From Penicillus capitatus (lineage: Eukaryota; Plantae; Chlorophyta): a DNA stretch of 64,000 nt. The position numbers were made by a program, and so were the translations under genes. Positions 62,783 through 64,000 of this stretch are shown piece by piece (position 1 is the stretch's first letter; each line of letters starts with the position of its first letter). Below the pieces are notes generated by a model, which was given only the letters and a program-made list of their open reading frames with translations, ran no database searches and was not told the origin of the DNA. The DNA lies in NCBI GenBank assembly GCA_965649825.1, contig OZ287703.1, positions 677,722 to 741,721 of the forward strand. The letters run 5' to 3'.

Positions 62783-63651
62783 CTAATGATTGGTGGCATT
62801 GGCGTCCGCTTGGGCACCATCACCCTTCGTTGTCTCCTTCTCTTTGGATTTTTTACTACCGGCCTTCGCATCTCCATCAACTGCAGAAATAGCGATGCTT
62901 TCTCCTTTCTTATCTTCGCAGTACACAAAACAGGCGGCAAAGACTTTAGCGAAAACCTCTTCAAGCGCCTTTGCCAATGCAAAATCACGATCGAAGCTGG
63001 CTTGATTGCTGCCGACACAGGATTTTGAAAATGCCGACGCGGTAGCTTGGGCAATGGCCGTAATCGAGGCGTCAACCGCCGCATCGCACACGGCGTTGTC
63101 ATGGCCTCCGACGGAGACGTACAAGTCGACAAAGACTTTAGCGACAGCGCAAGCGATGGCATCGGCGTCTGACTGTGCTGATACGCAAGCAAACGTGTAG
63201 TCATTATCTTTCCCAGCACACTCCGCTTGAGTGCGTGTCGCAGCAATGGCCAAGGCAGAAGCTTGCGCATGGCACTTGGCATCCACCCTGACATCGACCG
63301 TTCTGCATTTTCTCAAGTCGGCGTAAAAACTACTGCTGTCGAAACAACTGCGGGAGCCTTTGATCCATGCCTAACAAAAATGCCAGAAGTGAGTTTGGTC
63401 AGAACCTCCGCGTTAAAGCTTACTCCACAGAAAGATGCCCCGCTCGCGCTGCAATGTCCGGGTCCTTTGAGGCTAATTCTGAGCGATGTATTGGCCTTGC
63501 ACTCGGTGATTGGCACACACTTTTGGTACGTAGCATCTAGACAGAGACAGAGAGCTTCTTGATAACCTAGCCCGAATTATAACCGCGGCTTACCGACTCC
63601 GTTGGAGGCCAGAAGTGCAACAAGAAGCACGAAAACTGCGGCTTTATACAT
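62783..63651 (-). CDS. Secreted Cys/Ala-rich protein, member E
   Basis: MYKAAVFVLLVALLASNGV|DATYQKCVPITEC...ASFCG|AWIKGSRSC...VFAACFVYCE; 14 Cys; same intron positions. Confidence 0.78.
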
Positions 63652-63739
63652 CTTTAAGACGATCTCTTGAAAACTTCAAACACTGGTATACTCTACGCTT
63701 GCCCACCACAAAACAGAATGCATGGTGCCTAATGTGGCT

Positions 63740-63749
63740 GAATTTATAG
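63740..63749 (-). promoter_or_regulatory. Putative TATA element CTATAAATTC of secreted gene E
   Basis: Same 10-mer as upstream of genes B and C, ~90 nt upstream of ATG 63651. Confidence 0.55.
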
Positions 63750-64000
63750 GGCCCTGGACATGACAGCCCGCGCGACGGAGTATCCGTTTTTAGAGTTGTC
63801 TTGTAGCTTTTCGTCGAGAAGTTGTACGAATTCGGACCTCTGGCTTCTTCATCTGTCACATCAGCTACCGCCCAAGACTGAAGTTCACCCCGCGGCCTGA
63901 CGTTGACAGATGATCAAGTGGACGAGAACCACAAGTCTGCCCTAGACAACGAGAAGCAACACGTCCTACGCGCTCGCGGCTGGCTACTGATCGACTACTC

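Overview
Compact, intron-rich eukaryotic genomic DNA (GT-AG introns, those I measured 49-55 nt; standard genetic code). The gene content points to a chlorophyte green alga: enolase with the Chlamydomonas-type N-terminal extension, plastid-type CGS, RBL15-like rhomboid and a plant-like Shaker K+ channel. This taxon call is inference. Housekeeping genes (enolase, MTHFR, RAD51B, DDT protein, rhomboid-UBA, K+ channel, SELENBP1, riboflavin synthase, CGS, DoxX, sirtuin, WDR55) are interleaved with three accessory elements. (1) A ~1660-aa two-exon NLR-like gene (helical N-domain + NACHT + 12 complete and one partial near-identical 111-nt HEAT-like repeats) whose repeats vary almost only at a few amino-acid positions. 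(2) Six intact, apparently intronless F-box-like/LRR paralogues plus a pseudogene; five of them flank the NLR-like gene on the same strand and form a ~21-kb putative immunity island. (3) A cluster of five secreted paralogues at 49-64 kb with a conserved 14-Cys scaffold, shared intron positions and similar TATA elements; one carries a 13x27-nt Pro-rich repeat. Exon boundaries were inferred by eye and no database searches were run.
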